Origin: an uncultured Candidatus Saccharibacteria bacterium
GTDB taxonomy: Bacteria; Patescibacteriota; Minisyncoccia; Phycocordibacterales; UBA6065
Reading direction: 5' to 3'
DNA length: 64,000 bases
NCBI GenBank assembly: GCA_964495425.1
Contig: CAZBVG010000003.1
Location: forward strand, 64,518 to 128,517
Part shown: positions 16,681 to 26,096 of the stretch, piece after piece
How the letters are laid out: each line of letters begins with the position of its first letter
Numbering within the stretch: position 1 is the first letter of the stretch
Program-made: the position numbers and the translations under genes
The notes under the pieces: generated by a model
The model's database searches: none
What the model was told of the DNA's origin: nothing
What the model saw: the letters and a program-made list of their open reading frames with translations, nothing else

Positions 16681-17601
16681 TTATTTTGCGTGTAGGTGGA
16701 TATAGATATCCTCAAGCGCTTTGACCGCATCTCCGGCAGCAATATTGTTCTGATGGTACAGACCATCGGTACAGTCTCCTGCGGCCCATATACCCTTAAT
16801 TGAGGTGCTCTGAGTGCGTGGATCGACTTTGATCTTGCCTATGGCATCCATGTCTACAAGACCCTTTGCAAAGTCTGTAGAAGGCGTAGAGCCGATTTCA
16901 ACAAAAATACCAGACACCGCAAGCTCTTTTGCTTCACCGGATTCTTTGTCCGTGTATATGAGTGATTTTACAAATTTTCCACCTCTCACTTCGGTTGGGA
17001 TCGCGTTGGTAAGTGCATGCATCTTTGGGTTAGTAAGCACTTTCTTTACGGTTATTGGATCTGCTCTGAATTCATCACTTCGATTAAGGAGTGTCACTGA
17101 TTTACAGTATGCAAGGAGCTGTGAAGCTGATTCAAATGCAGCATTTCCTCCACCGATGACAGCCACATCCTGTCCGGCAAACACTGGTCCATCACAAGAC
17201 GCGCAATATGTAATACCTTTATGTTCAAAGATGTCCGCGCCGGTTATAGTAAGTTTTTTGCGGTGACTACCTGTTGCGATTAGGATGGTTTTGGCTTTGT
17301 ATGTCGCTCCTTCAGTTGCTATTTCGAATCCATTGTTTGTTTGAGAGATCTTTTTGCAATATTCTCCCGTTTTTACATCAACAATACCGTCTGCGTACGC
17401 ACGAAGGTGTCCCTCTAGGCTTTTCGCAAAATCAGCGCCTGAGATTTTTATAGTACCAATCCAGTTTTCAATGCCTTCAGAGACGGTTGATTGGCTTTCC
17501 CAGTCTTTAGTTATAAACACAGTTTTAAGACGCTTACGTGAAGCGTATACACCCGCTGCAACACCCGCGGGTCCTCCTCCAATGATTGCAAGATCATACA
17601 T
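16681..17601 (-). CDS. trxB: Thioredoxin-disulfide reductase
   Basis: MYDLAIIGGGPAGVAAGVYA (FAD Rossmann motif), redox-active CASCDG, and a second GGGNAAFESA NADPH-binding motif. 306 aa. Confidence 0.85.
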   Translation of the reverse strand: MYDLAIIGGGPAGVAAGVYASRKRLKTVFITKDWESQSTVSEGIENWIGTIKISGADFAKSLEGHLRAYADGIVDVKTGEYCKKISQTNNGFEIATEGATYKAKTILIATGSHRKKLTITGADIFEHKGITYCASCDGPVFAGQDVAVIGGGNAAFESASQLLAYCKSVTLLNRSDEFRADPITVKKVLTNPKMHALTNAIPTEVRGGKFVKSLIYTDKESGEAKELAVSGIFVEIGSTPSTDFAKGLVDMDAIGKIKVDPRTQSTSIKGIWAAGDCTDGLYHQNNIAAGDAVKALEDIYIHLHAK

Positions 17602-17625
17602 AGTTAGGAAACATTATATCAGAAG

Positions 17626-17665
17626 AAAACCGCTCTCGATCTTGTCGAAAAGCGGTTTTTCTTTT
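17626..17665. terminator. Hairpin terminator downstream of ftsZ (aaaaccgct...agcggtttt + T-run)
   Basis: 9-bp stem with U-rich flanks on both strands, between the ftsZ stop and the trxB start. Confidence 0.5.
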
Positions 17666-18851
17666 ACTTCTTTCTTCGCAAGAATGCTGGAACTGCACCC
17701 CAGTCATCATCATCTGAATCAATTACTGGAATGGTCGCTTTTTTATCTTCAACAACAGGAGCCTGCTTTGGTTCAGGTTTCTCTTCTTTTTCCTTTGAAG
17801 GCATTGTTATTGAATTGTGGATCTTACCCTTTTCCTCCTTTGGTTCTGGTGCATTAAAGAGTGATTTGCTCTTTGACGTCATTGCAGCGGCAATGCTGTC
17901 TCCGAAACCGGAAGCAATAACCGTCACTTTGACTTCACCCTTTTTGAGCTTTTCATCTCGAACGGTACCGAAAATAACTTTTGCGCCTGGATCAATTGAT
18001 TCAGTGATAAGTTTTGCAGCGTCCTGGATTTCAAACATGGTGAGATCATCGTTACCAGCGATAGAGAAGAGAACGCCCTTAGCGCCAGCGATTGAAATAT
18101 CCAAGAGAGGAGAAGAGATTGCCATTTTTGCTGCATCTTCTGCGCGCTTTTCGCCAGAGCCGACACCAATACCCATGAGTGCAGGACCAGCATTTTCCAT
18201 AACAGCTCGAATATCAGCAAAGTCGATATTGATGATACCTGGAGTGGTAATGAGGTCAGAAATACCCTCGACAGCCTGCTTCAATACTTCATCGCACATT
18301 GCGAATGCTGCCTTTGCGGTGGTATTGCGATCAATGTTTGCCAAGAGTCGGTCGTTTGGAATGACAATAATTGCATCCACTTCTTTGCGAAGGTTATCAA
18401 GTGCAATATCTGCAATTTTTCCTCGCTGAGCGCCTTCAAAGAAGAATGGCTTTGTAACAACAGCGACGGTGAGAGCACCGAGTTCCTTTGCTGTTTTTGC
18501 GACAATTGGAGTGGCACCAGATGCAGTTCCACCACCCAAGCCTCCGGCTACGAATACCATGTCCGCTCCTTTGATAGATTCCTGGAGTTCTTCCTTTGTT
18601 TCTTCGACTGCACGACGACCCAAATCTGGGTTCATACCAGCACCGAGGCCCTTTGTGAGGTTTTTACCAATGTGAATTTTCTTCTTCGCCAATGAGTGGT
18701 GAAGATCTTGTGCATCTGTGTTTACGGCAATAAATTCAACTCCACGGACCTTTGAGTTGATCATATGGTTAACGGCGTTTTTTCCTGAACCTCCGACGCC
18801 TAGAACCTTAATCCGAGCGAACGTCTCTACTTCTGGAACGATGTTTGGCAT
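17664..18851 (-). CDS. ftsZ: Cell division GTPase FtsZ
   Basis: IKVLGVGGSGKNAVNHM, tubulin signature GGGTASG (GLGGGTASGATPIVAK), and a C-terminal conserved peptide (DDDDWGAVPAFLRRKK). Confidence 0.9.
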   Translation of the reverse strand: MPNIVPEVETFARIKVLGVGGSGKNAVNHMINSKVRGVEFIAVNTDAQDLHHSLAKKKIHIGKNLTKGLGAGMNPDLGRRAVEETKEELQESIKGADMVFVAGGLGGGTASGATPIVAKTAKELGALTVAVVTKPFFFEGAQRGKIADIALDNLRKEVDAIIVIPNDRLLANIDRNTTAKAAFAMCDEVLKQAVEGISDLITTPGIINIDFADIRAVMENAGPALMGIGVGSGEKRAEDAAKMAISSPLLDISIAGAKGVLFSIAGNDDLTMFEIQDAAKLITESIDPGAKVIFGTVRDEKLKKGEVKVTVIASGFGDSIAAAMTSKSKSLFNAPEPKEEKGKIHNSITMPSKEKEEKPEPKQAPVVEDKKATIPVIDSDDDDWGAVPAFLRRKK

Positions 18852-18983
18852 GATAATAAGTCGTTATTGGCCGATCAGAATGCATCTGTTTCGGGTTTGG
18901 TAAGGTGGGTACATCATAGCAAGGTGCTTTTAAAAGGCAATAACCTTGACTATCCATTATTTTCTGTCGAAATATGGCTTAAA

Positions 18984-20159
18984 TTAAGGCAAAAATTGTT
19001 TGAACCAGCCTCCGATTTTAAGCGCGAGAGTCTTTCCGTTTTTTGAAATTCCTGAATCAGTTGCATCCTCAGTTCCGATGCCCAAAAAAGTAAGTCCATA
19101 TGCCACAGACCATGCGGGATCTTTGAGTCCTCCTTTTTCGCCCTGGCCGAATTGTGCAATTCGAGAAGGGAGTTTAAGAGATGCTTTTGCAAGTTCATCT
19201 ACGCCGGTAAGTGCCGCTCCACCGCCGGTCAAAATAATACCTGCAGGTAAAAGTCCATTACGATCGATTCGTTTGAGGTGTGCTTCAATTAAATCAAAGA
19301 CATCGGAAAGGCGAGCAGCGATAATTTCATCAAGTTTCTTTTTGGATACTTGGACAGTGGTGAGTCCGCCTCGCTTTATTGTTTCTGCATCCTCAATAGG
19401 CACCTTTAAACCAAGCGCGATGTCATTGGTGATGTCATTTGAGCCAAGAGAAAAGACTTCTAATGAAATAGGGAGGTTATTTTCAAATACAACTATTGAA
19501 ACTGTTTCAGCGCCGACATTTGCAAGAAGGCAACCGGCAACTTTTTGATTTTTTGAAAGTGTAACAAGAGAGGCTGCGAGCGGTGAAGCGACCACATCAA
19601 CCACTTCAATGCCGGCATCAGAAAGAGCGTCGAGGAGATCTTCAAGGTGCTGCGAGAGACAAGTAACGAAAAGTACTTTTGCTTCGAGTTTGTTTCCCTT
19701 CATTCCTAGTGGTCGACCCATTACGGTCTTGCCGTCGATTTTATATGAAAGGGGAACCGTATGAAGAATTTTCCGATTAATTGTTTGAGCGCTTGGAATG
19801 TTGCGTTCAGCTAGTGCGGTCGCTTTGTCGAGATCAAGTTGTGTCACCTCAGCGTCTGCGCGTGAAATTGCTACCGAACCAAGTGATACGGTGCTTTGGA
19901 GGCTTACACCACCCATTGAAAGATATGCCTTTTTGATCTTTACACCTGATGATCGTTCTGCGGAGGCTACCGCTTGCATGATGCTTTTGGCAGTATCGCG
20001 ACCATTTACAATATATCCATGTCGTAAGCCTTTTGACTCTGCTACGCCAGTTCCTAATACCTTAGGCAAAAGTTTATCACTCCCAGGATCTGATTCTGAG
20101 ATAACAACTTTAATGTGGTGTGTACCTATGTCTATGCCTGCGGCAATGTGTTTGCGCAT
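18984..20159 (-). CDS. ftsA: Cell division protein FtsA (actin-like ATPase)
   Basis: AAGIDIGTHHIKVV phosphate-1 motif and actin-fold subdomains; immediately upstream of ftsZ. Start placed at MRKHIAAGIDIG. Confidence 0.8.
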   Translation of the reverse strand: MRKHIAAGIDIGTHHIKVVISESDPGSDKLLPKVLGTGVAESKGLRHGYIVNGRDTAKSIMQAVASAERSSGVKIKKAYLSMGGVSLQSTVSLGSVAISRADAEVTQLDLDKATALAERNIPSAQTINRKILHTVPLSYKIDGKTVMGRPLGMKGNKLEAKVLFVTCLSQHLEDLLDALSDAGIEVVDVVASPLAASLVTLSKNQKVAGCLLANVGAETVSIVVFENNLPISLEVFSLGSNDITNDIALGLKVPIEDAETIKRGGLTTVQVSKKKLDEIIAARLSDVFDLIEAHLKRIDRNGLLPAGIILTGGGAALTGVDELAKASLKLPSRIAQFGQGEKGGLKDPAWSVAYGLTFLGIGTEDATDSGISKNGKTLALKIGGWFKQFLP

Positions 20160-20192
20160 GAAAAGATGCAAAGAAGGAAGCACGACGCTTCT

Positions 20193-20582
20193 TTAAATCC
20201 CGAATTTCTTGCGGAATGACGCTTCTTTACTCTCCATCTTACTACCATGAGTCATTCCTTTCAAATGGCATAGTCCATGGATATAGAGGAAACCAATCAT
20301 ATTTTCAGGGGTCCGATCGAAATGCGGTGCCTGACGCGCTGCCTCAACAGGATTGATAAACATTTCACCGGAAGTCTCATCAAGTGGGAAGGAAAGTACG
20401 TTTGGAATGTAATCTTTGCCTCGAGATTCGATATTAAGGGTTCGAGATTCTTCGTCATCGAGGAAGACAAGTGAAAGTTGATAGTCTTCACCGAGAATTT
20501 CATTCTTCATATGCTCAAAAGGCAAGCTTGGGAGCTTGCCTTTTGTTTTGTTTATCAAAGAGTAGTTCTCTGAAGTAGACAT
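20193..20582 (-). CDS. ybeY: Endoribonuclease YbeY (rRNA maturation factor)
   Basis: HGLCHLKGMTHGSKME matches the H-x-x-x-H-x5-H zinc motif of UPF0054. Start trimmed to MSTSENY to avoid overlap with rpsU. Confidence 0.75.
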   Translation of the reverse strand: MSTSENYSLINKTKGKLPSLPFEHMKNEILGEDYQLSLVFLDDEESRTLNIESRGKDYIPNVLSFPLDETSGEMFINPVEAARQAPHFDRTPENMIGFLYIHGLCHLKGMTHGSKMESKEASFRKKFGI

Positions 20583-20589
20583 TCGTGAT

Positions 20590-20844
20590 CTATCGCTTTG
20601 CTTTACCTCGAGGAGCGTCTGGATTGATCTTTCCGAGCTTGATATCCTCTGCAATTTCAGCGCGCTTCTTGATTGAAGCGAGAGTCTTCATCTTGTTCTT
20701 GTAGTGAGACAAGGTTCGCTCGTAATATCGTTCGCCTCGAACTCGGGGAAGGATACCTGAACCCTGAACTCGCTTGGTAAAACGGCGCAAAAGACCCAAT
20801 GGGTTTTCTGTTCCGTTTCGTGTTACTTCTACGTTTGTTGCCAT
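20590..20844 (-). CDS. rpsU: 30S ribosomal protein bS21
   Basis: VEVTRNGTENPLGLLRRFTKRV...ERYYERTLSHYKNKMK; basic, about 80 aa. Pattern resembles S21 (xLRRFKR...REFYEKP...RK). Confidence 0.6.
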   Translation of the reverse strand: MATNVEVTRNGTENPLGLLRRFTKRVQGSGILPRVRGERYYERTLSHYKNKMKTLASIKKRAEIAEDIKLGKINPDAPRGKAKR

Positions 20845-20990
20845 CTAAAATCTAAAATTAATAAGTAAATAAGCCGCTTTTTCTTGGTCCCGCGAGGCAC
20901 CGATTGGGGCCATTGCTTGTAATAACTGACGAGACGTGTAGACCGATACCTTACCATAAGGAGCACAAAAGCTCAATATTGGGCGTATGT

Positions 20991-22265
20991 TTAGACTTTA
21001 TATTTCTTTAATCGAGCAGGAGCGTCTGTGACAAGCACAGAATCTTGTGAGCGGGTCACTGTTTCTCGAATAATTACTGAATTTTCCATCGCTTCCTTTT
21101 TGCCCATAATGATGACAATTGGAGATTGATATTTTTCAGCCATACCTACCTGGCCAGCCATTTTGTCTTTGGCGAGAGACTGCATAATAGGAATTCGTGC
21201 CTGTCGGAGGGTTTCTACAAGTTTAAGGCTCTTAAGTTTCGCCTCAAATCCGAGTTGCATGAAGCAAATTTGGGGATCAAGAATTTTTGCTACGGTCGAT
21301 GCCTTGATCGCTGCAGTTTTAACTGCCTTAGTTGGGAGGGCGATCGAGACACCTACTGCTGAAAGTTCTTTTTTGTGTCCAAGTCGCTTTGCGAGCGCAT
21401 CATAACGAATACCGATTGCGAGGGGATGTGCTTTTGGGTCAGAAGTTCGAATTTCGAAGACGGTTTCATCACAATAATCTCGATTTGCTACTAGAGCATT
21501 GTTGATCGAATAAGGAATTTCGAGGGTTTCAAGGAATTCAAGAACCTCTTTGAAATGTTGACGGGATCGCTCGGAAAGGAAATTGATTGCCTTTGGACAA
21601 TCTTCGGCGAGCTTCAAACATTCAGCATGGTCACAGCCAAGAAGCGAGAACACATCCTTTTTGAATGTATCGCGGCATTTTGCTGGGAGAGTATGGAGAT
21701 GTTTTCGATAGTACGCGGTGACTTCACGTGTAAAGCGTGCGAGCGACTCTTTGTCACCGATAGAATTAATTTCTACATGTAGATCTTCATGACCTGTTTC
21801 TTTGAGGATAGAGATTGCTGCTTGAATAAGTATCGCTTCGGCAATTGATTTATTCGTTCCCAAAATTTCAAAGCCGTAATGTAATTCTTTGTTGCTTGGC
21901 TTTCGTCGATCGCCAGAAAATGGTTTTCGGTATGAAAACATAACTGGCTGAGGCAAGCTACCCATTTTTTCTCTTTCATAAAGACGTAAGAGGGCAATTT
22001 TTTCTTCGAGGCGCACGGTTGCACCCTCTTCATGATTGTCATGATCAACGATTATTTCTCCTTCAGAAATTTTCTTTGCTTCAGTACTATCTTCTGGATG
22101 AATTTGAGGATGAGCTAATGGAGTGAAGCCGTAAAAAAGGCCGGCCTCGAGCACCTGGTCGAGATGATCGTATGAGACATACTTTGGATGTTCGATCTTG
22201 GTAGATTTTTTTCGTACTGCTGGAGCTTTTGTATCTACTTTTACTGTCTTCGTAACCTGAGTCAT
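20991..22265 (-). CDS. hisS: Histidyl-tRNA synthetase (class II)
   Basis: Motif-2-like FSYRKPFSGDRRKPSNKELHYGFEILG, motif 3 GIRYDALA, and a C-terminal anticodon-binding alpha/beta domain. Confidence 0.65.
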   Translation of the reverse strand: MTQVTKTVKVDTKAPAVRKKSTKIEHPKYVSYDHLDQVLEAGLFYGFTPLAHPQIHPEDSTEAKKISEGEIIVDHDNHEEGATVRLEEKIALLRLYEREKMGSLPQPVMFSYRKPFSGDRRKPSNKELHYGFEILGTNKSIAEAILIQAAISILKETGHEDLHVEINSIGDKESLARFTREVTAYYRKHLHTLPAKCRDTFKKDVFSLLGCDHAECLKLAEDCPKAINFLSERSRQHFKEVLEFLETLEIPYSINNALVANRDYCDETVFEIRTSDPKAHPLAIGIRYDALAKRLGHKKELSAVGVSIALPTKAVKTAAIKASTVAKILDPQICFMQLGFEAKLKSLKLVETLRQARIPIMQSLAKDKMAGQVGMAEKYQSPIVIIMGKKEAMENSVIIRETVTRSQDSVLVTDAPARLKKYKV

Positions 22266-22281
22266 GTCTTTAAAATATGTA

Positions 22282-22878
22282 TTATTTCGGGGTTGCTACT
22301 AATGTGCTGCTTGCGTATGTTCCGGGAACCACATCAAGCTTGTGAATCGGCAGAAGTCTAATAATAGGCCTACCCACAAGATCTTTTTTAGGTAGTGGTC
22401 CCCAAACGCGTGAATCAGAGCTGACAAGCCGGTTATCTCCCATGACGAAGTATTCATCAGGGCCAAGTGTTGTGTTTACACTTCCAAAAGTTTTTGAATG
22501 GATATAGGGCTCATTCAAGGTAATGCCTTCTGGATGTTCTTTGTTTGTTACAACAACACTGTCGTTTGCAATCGCAATGGTTTCACCAGGAAGGCCGATG
22601 AGACGCTTAATAAAATACTTTGAGGGATTTTGAGGATATTTAAAAATGAGGACTTCACCACGTTCTGGTTCGCGGAATCGATACGTGAGTTCGTCGACAA
22701 TAAGGTACTCGCCGTCCTTAAATGTGGTGTCCATCGATGAACCGCTCACAACAAAAGGTTGAGCAATCCACATACGGACCGGGACTACAATAACGAGTGC
22801 AATTGCCGCGTATGTAATGAGCTCCTTAAAGAAAGAACTCTGCTTGGTCGGGGTCGGGTTCGCGGCTGGTGTGTCCAT
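22282..22878 (-). CDS. lepB: Signal peptidase I
   Basis: Catalytic Ser in GSSMDTTFKDGEY, KRLIGLPGETI (catalytic Lys box), and GDNRLVSSDSRVWGP. N-terminal TM anchor. Start trimmed to MDTPAAN. Confidence 0.8.
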   Translation of the reverse strand: MDTPAANPTPTKQSSFFKELITYAAIALVIVVPVRMWIAQPFVVSGSSMDTTFKDGEYLIVDELTYRFREPERGEVLIFKYPQNPSKYFIKRLIGLPGETIAIANDSVVVTNKEHPEGITLNEPYIHSKTFGSVNTTLGPDEYFVMGDNRLVSSDSRVWGPLPKKDLVGRPIIRLLPIHKLDVVPGTYASSTLVATPK

Positions 22879-23016
22879 GAATGAGGCTATAAAAATGTAA
22901 AGGTAGACAAAGTATATTCCCGAGTATGCCGTTGACGCAAGGGTTTTTTGATGTTTCTTTGCGCGAAGTTGCCATTTCAAATTTTCGTGGTAATGTGTCG
23001 AAAGATTATTGCAACC

Positions 23017-23289
23017 ATGCTCCTAAAAATTACTGGCGATTGGCAATGCAAGACAGAAGATGTGGTAAGAATTCTTCGCGGAAATCTTGCTTCAGAAGTA
23101 AAAGGTCAGGTACACATCATTTGTACGCGAGAGTATATTGAAGGAGACTTCAAAACTCTCGTCGAAGTGTATGGTGTGTCCGATTTCGATCACACTTTGC
23201 AAGCAAGTATTGCAAAAGCGGTCGAAGCGATGCCGAATTTCTTTAAAAGGCCAAAAGTATTGTTCCTCCAGAGCCCCATCACAGCGTGA
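23017..23289 (+). CDS. Hypothetical small protein (about 90 aa)
   Basis: ORF MLLKITGDWQCKTEDVVRILRGN... ends at a good intrinsic terminator (23272-23304). No recognisable motif. Confidence 0.3.
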   Translation: MLLKITGDWQCKTEDVVRILRGNLASEVKGQVHIICTREYIEGDFKTLVEVYGVSDFDHTLQASIAKAVEAMPNFFKRPKVLFLQSPITA

Positions 23290-23304
23290 TTGGGGCTTTT
23301 TTAT
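23272..23304 (+). terminator. Rho-independent terminator (agccccatcac-agc-gtgattggggct + T7)
   Basis: 11-bp stem with one bulge, followed by ttttttatttt. Confidence 0.6.
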
Positions 23305-23324
23305 TTTCATGTATACTCTTAGGC

Positions 23325-23957
23325 ATGATATTAATCGGATTAGGAAACCCGGGCGGAGAATATGAGGGTACACGACATAACGTTGGTCGTGAGGCAGTAA
23401 TGAAATTTGCGCAGAAATGTAAGTTCGATGATTTTGAATTTGATAAGAAAAAAGCTGCGCTCGTAACAAGTGGAAAGGTCGGTAAGACAGAGACCACACT
23501 TATTTTGCCTGAGACATTCATGAATAAGTCCGGTGATGCGGTTGGAAAATATGCGAAAGGGGCAAAGAAGGTAAAAAATGCACAAGGGAAATCGGTAAAA
23601 GCATATCCACACATAATTGTGGTGCATGATGATCTTGATATTCCATTGGGAAAAGCAAAGATGTCATGGGACAAGAGCGCAGGAGGTCACAAGGGCGTAG
23701 ATTCTGTTATAAAAGCACTTGGCACTCAGGCGTTTTTCCGAATTCGTATCGGTATTACTCCTACTACCGCAAAAGGTGCGCTTAAAAAACTTGATCACGA
23801 AACCATTACAGAAAATTTTATTGTTGCAGAGTTTAAGGATAAAGAAGCAGAAGAACTTAAATCAGTGTTAAAGAAAGTTGTTGAGTGTCTTGAGATGGCT
23901 GTTTCAGATTCTCCTGAGCGAGCGATGAGCGAGTACAACGCCATCTTTAATAAATAG
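23325..23957 (+). CDS. pth: Peptidyl-tRNA hydrolase
   Basis: MILIGLGNPGGEYEGTRHNVG, HDDLDIPLGK and GGHKG/NGV motifs of Pth. Start trimmed to MILIGLGNPG. Confidence 0.85.
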   Translation: MILIGLGNPGGEYEGTRHNVGREAVMKFAQKCKFDDFEFDKKKAALVTSGKVGKTETTLILPETFMNKSGDAVGKYAKGAKKVKNAQGKSVKAYPHIIVVHDDLDIPLGKAKMSWDKSAGGHKGVDSVIKALGTQAFFRIRIGITPTTAKGALKKLDHETITENFIVAEFKDKEAEELKSVLKKVVECLEMAVSDSPERAMSEYNAIFNK

Positions 23958-23995
23958 CTTTACTCCTCTGAAGTAAAAGTGGTAGGGTTCTTGAT

Positions 23996-24208
23996 ATGAA
24001 CTGGTATCAGCAGTTTGCTCTTTCGTGTGCAGTTATCGCTATCTGCATGATTGTCTTCCTTTTTGGGATGTGCATGATTTTTAAGAGACAAACCTTAAAG
24101 GGTTGTGGAGTAGTTCTTGCGGCGCTTGCTCTTTTAATGGTGAGCACGGATTTTCTGAGAAATATGAAAGGCTACAGAAATCCTTTGATTATGAAAACTG
24201 AAAAATAA
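23996..24208 (+). CDS. Hypothetical small two-TM membrane protein
   Basis: 70 aa with two hydrophobic helices, followed by terminator aaccgctctgagcggttttt at 24210-24236. Confidence 0.3.
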   Translation: MNWYQQFALSCAVIAICMIVFLFGMCMIFKRQTLKGCGVVLAALALLMVSTDFLRNMKGYRNPLIMKTEK

Positions 24209-24240
24209 ACCGCTCTGAGCGGTTTTTATTTTTTTAAATA

Positions 24241-24740
24241 AAAAAGACGCTCCATATGAAGCTTCTCGAAAGAAGCGATGGAACGCCATGGTTCAAATAA
24301 AGAACAAGTAAGTCGGGCGGCGCGCCCAAGATTGTGAGGTAGTCAGTACCTTGGGAAATCCCCTCGATTTCCGGCCTTGAGCGCGCCGCCGTCCTTATTC
24401 AGACCCCAGTCCTGTGCCAGCAGCCTTGCAGAGCATGGAGGATCAAGGGCTTTCATACTCTATACCTAAGGTATTGTAGAGTCAATAAAAGGAAAATCGC
24501 TTCAAAAGAAGCGATTGTGTGCCGCGGTGGCGGGGTGGCAGTGCTGCCACCCCGCCAGTTATGTCGCGGCGGTCGGCGTTCGCCTCATACCGTTTGTCGG
24601 CAGAGGAAATACTAAAAGAACAGAAGCTCTGGGCAGAGGCGGCATCACGGGACACCGCCTCTGCTGTTGTCGAGAGACACGGCAGTATGGCTACGCTGCC
24701 TGTGCGTAATACATACTAACCAGTGGTTATTTTTTGTCAA
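24241..24740. ncRNA. Candidate structured non-coding RNA(s), family unassigned
   Basis: A 500-nt non-coding stretch that is visibly GC-rich against an AT-rich genome. It holds several long hairpins: 15-bp stem 24309-24390, aatcgcttc/gaagcgatt 24496-24517, ggcggggtggca/tgccaccccgcc 24529-24556, and gcagaggcgg/ccgcctctgc 24633-24664. Flanked by terminators. By eye no RNase P P4 or tmRNA T-arm consensus, and only partial SRP-like AGCAGCC...GCAGAG. Confidence 0.35.
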
Positions 24741-24741
24741 A

Positions 24742-24770
24742 CAAAAAACCGCCGAAGCGGTTTTTGAGAT
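24742..24770. terminator. Bidirectional terminator (aaaaaaccgccgaagcggttttt)
   Basis: Perfect hairpin with A/T runs on both sides, at the convergent 3' ends of the ncRNA region and rpsA. Confidence 0.65.
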
Positions 24771-25888
24771 TATTTCTTGTCTCCAGCGAATGCGAGAGTC
24801 ATTTTCTGATTATTCGCATCGAAGAGAGTGATCTTGAAAGGATATACCTTTCCAAGTTCGAGGTGGGCTCGGAGTTTCTCGTCAGAACCGAATTCAGAAA
24901 CATGAACGAGACCCGCGATACCTTCTTCAATAGAAGCAAGTGCGCCATGGCGGTTAAACTTGATAACAACACCCTTAACAACCATGTCCTTCTTGTACTT
25001 CTTGCCAGCCTCAACCCATGGATTTGGCTTGAGTGCCTTAATAGAGAGGGAAACTTTACCTTCCTTTACTTCGATTACGCGAACGCGAACTTTGTCGCCA
25101 ACCTTGAATCGAGTCTTTGGATCCTCAACGAGTGCCCAGTCGATTTCAGAGATGTGAACAAGACCTTCGAGACCCTCATCGATCTTAACGAAGACGCCGA
25201 AGTCAACCATGCCGGTAACTTTGCCTTCTACTTCATCGCCAACTTTGAACTTTGCTACTGCAACTGCCTTGTCTGCACCTGCAACAGAATTCTTTTCAGA
25301 GAAGATAAGTTTTCCTTCCTTAGGGAATGCACCGATGATAGAAACCGCAAGCTTTGTACCAACGAGTTTCTTGAGTTCTTCGAGAATTCGATCCTTGTCA
25401 CCGTCCTGTACTCGAGGATAGTGCTCAGGTTTAAGCTGTGAAGCTGGGAGGAAGCCCTGGATGCCCTGCCATTCGATAATAAGACCACCTTTGTTTGCTT
25501 CCTTGATAGGGAGTTCGAGGATTGCCTTGGTTGCGATAGCCTGTTCAGCCTCAGTCCAGATCAAAGCCTGTCGTGCTTCCTTGAGAGAAAGTTCGATGTA
25601 GCCATCCTTGTTTGAAGGATCAACAACTTTGGCTGAAACTTTGTCGCCAATGTTTATCTTTTTAATAACATCTCGAGCGAGAATGTATTCTCGACCGTAA
25701 ATGATACCGGTACCGAAAGGAGGAAGGTCAATAAAGACGCCTTTCTTGTCGATAGCGATGACGGTGCCTTCTACAAGGTCACCAGCGTTTGGTGGGGTAA
25801 CAGAATCAGCAAGAAACTTGCCCATAAGGGTATCTGGTTTCTTTTCTTCTGGTGCAACCACCTTTTTTATTTCTTTAAGAATTGCCAT
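24770..25888 (-). CDS. rpsA: 30S ribosomal protein S1 (short, four S1 domains)
   Basis: Repeated S1 OB-fold motifs (GDLVEGTVIAIDKKGVFIDL; GDEVEGKVTGMVDFGVFVKI; GDKVRVRVIEV). 372 aa. Confidence 0.8.
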   Translation of the reverse strand: MAILKEIKKVVAPEEKKPDTLMGKFLADSVTPPNAGDLVEGTVIAIDKKGVFIDLPPFGTGIIYGREYILARDVIKKINIGDKVSAKVVDPSNKDGYIELSLKEARQALIWTEAEQAIATKAILELPIKEANKGGLIIEWQGIQGFLPASQLKPEHYPRVQDGDKDRILEELKKLVGTKLAVSIIGAFPKEGKLIFSEKNSVAGADKAVAVAKFKVGDEVEGKVTGMVDFGVFVKIDEGLEGLVHISEIDWALVEDPKTRFKVGDKVRVRVIEVKEGKVSLSIKALKPNPWVEAGKKYKKDMVVKGVVIKFNRHGALASIEEGIAGLVHVSEFGSDEKLRAHLELGKVYPFKITLFDANNQKMTLAFAGDKK

Positions 25889-26096
25889 ACATGAAAAAAG
25901 CCTGAAATGTCTTTTTGCGCAGTTGCTCTAAGCCGTGTGCCTACAAAAAGGGTTAATTTCGAGGGAATTTTCTAATAAATCCCAATATTCCGTAAGGTTT
26001 ATTGGTAGGGGAACCTTATCATTTTGAGAGGGGAATGTAAAGGTATAGATAAAAAGCTAGATTTGAAGCCAGAAATACCCTATACTGATTCCACTT

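Noticed and set aside
17731-18429. 232-aa plus-strand ORF antisense to ftsZ, and similar antisense ORFs in ftsA, valS, gyrA and clpB
   Set aside because: They are embedded in highly conserved genes on the other strand with no independent support. These are typical antisense-frame artefacts.
23286-23324. ATG at 23286 as the Pth start (ORF-track start)
   Set aside because: It lies inside the upstream terminator hairpin. The conserved Pth N-terminus MILIGLGNPG begins at 23325.
24515-24719. 64-aa and 66-aa plus-strand ORFs inside the GC-rich intergenic island
   Set aside because: They are Arg/Ala/Gly-rich GC artefacts. Both overlap perfect RNA hairpins and have no RBS, so the region is treated as non-coding RNA.
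24241-24740. Assignment of the GC-rich RNA island to RNase P RNA, tmRNA or SRP RNA
   Set aside because: By eye I could not find the universally conserved P4 strand (GGAAAGUCC) or the tmRNA tRNA-like T-arm/CCA end. I found only a partial AGCAGCC...GCAGAG resemblance to SRP domain IV without a GNRA-capped helix. It is left unassigned rather than mis-named.
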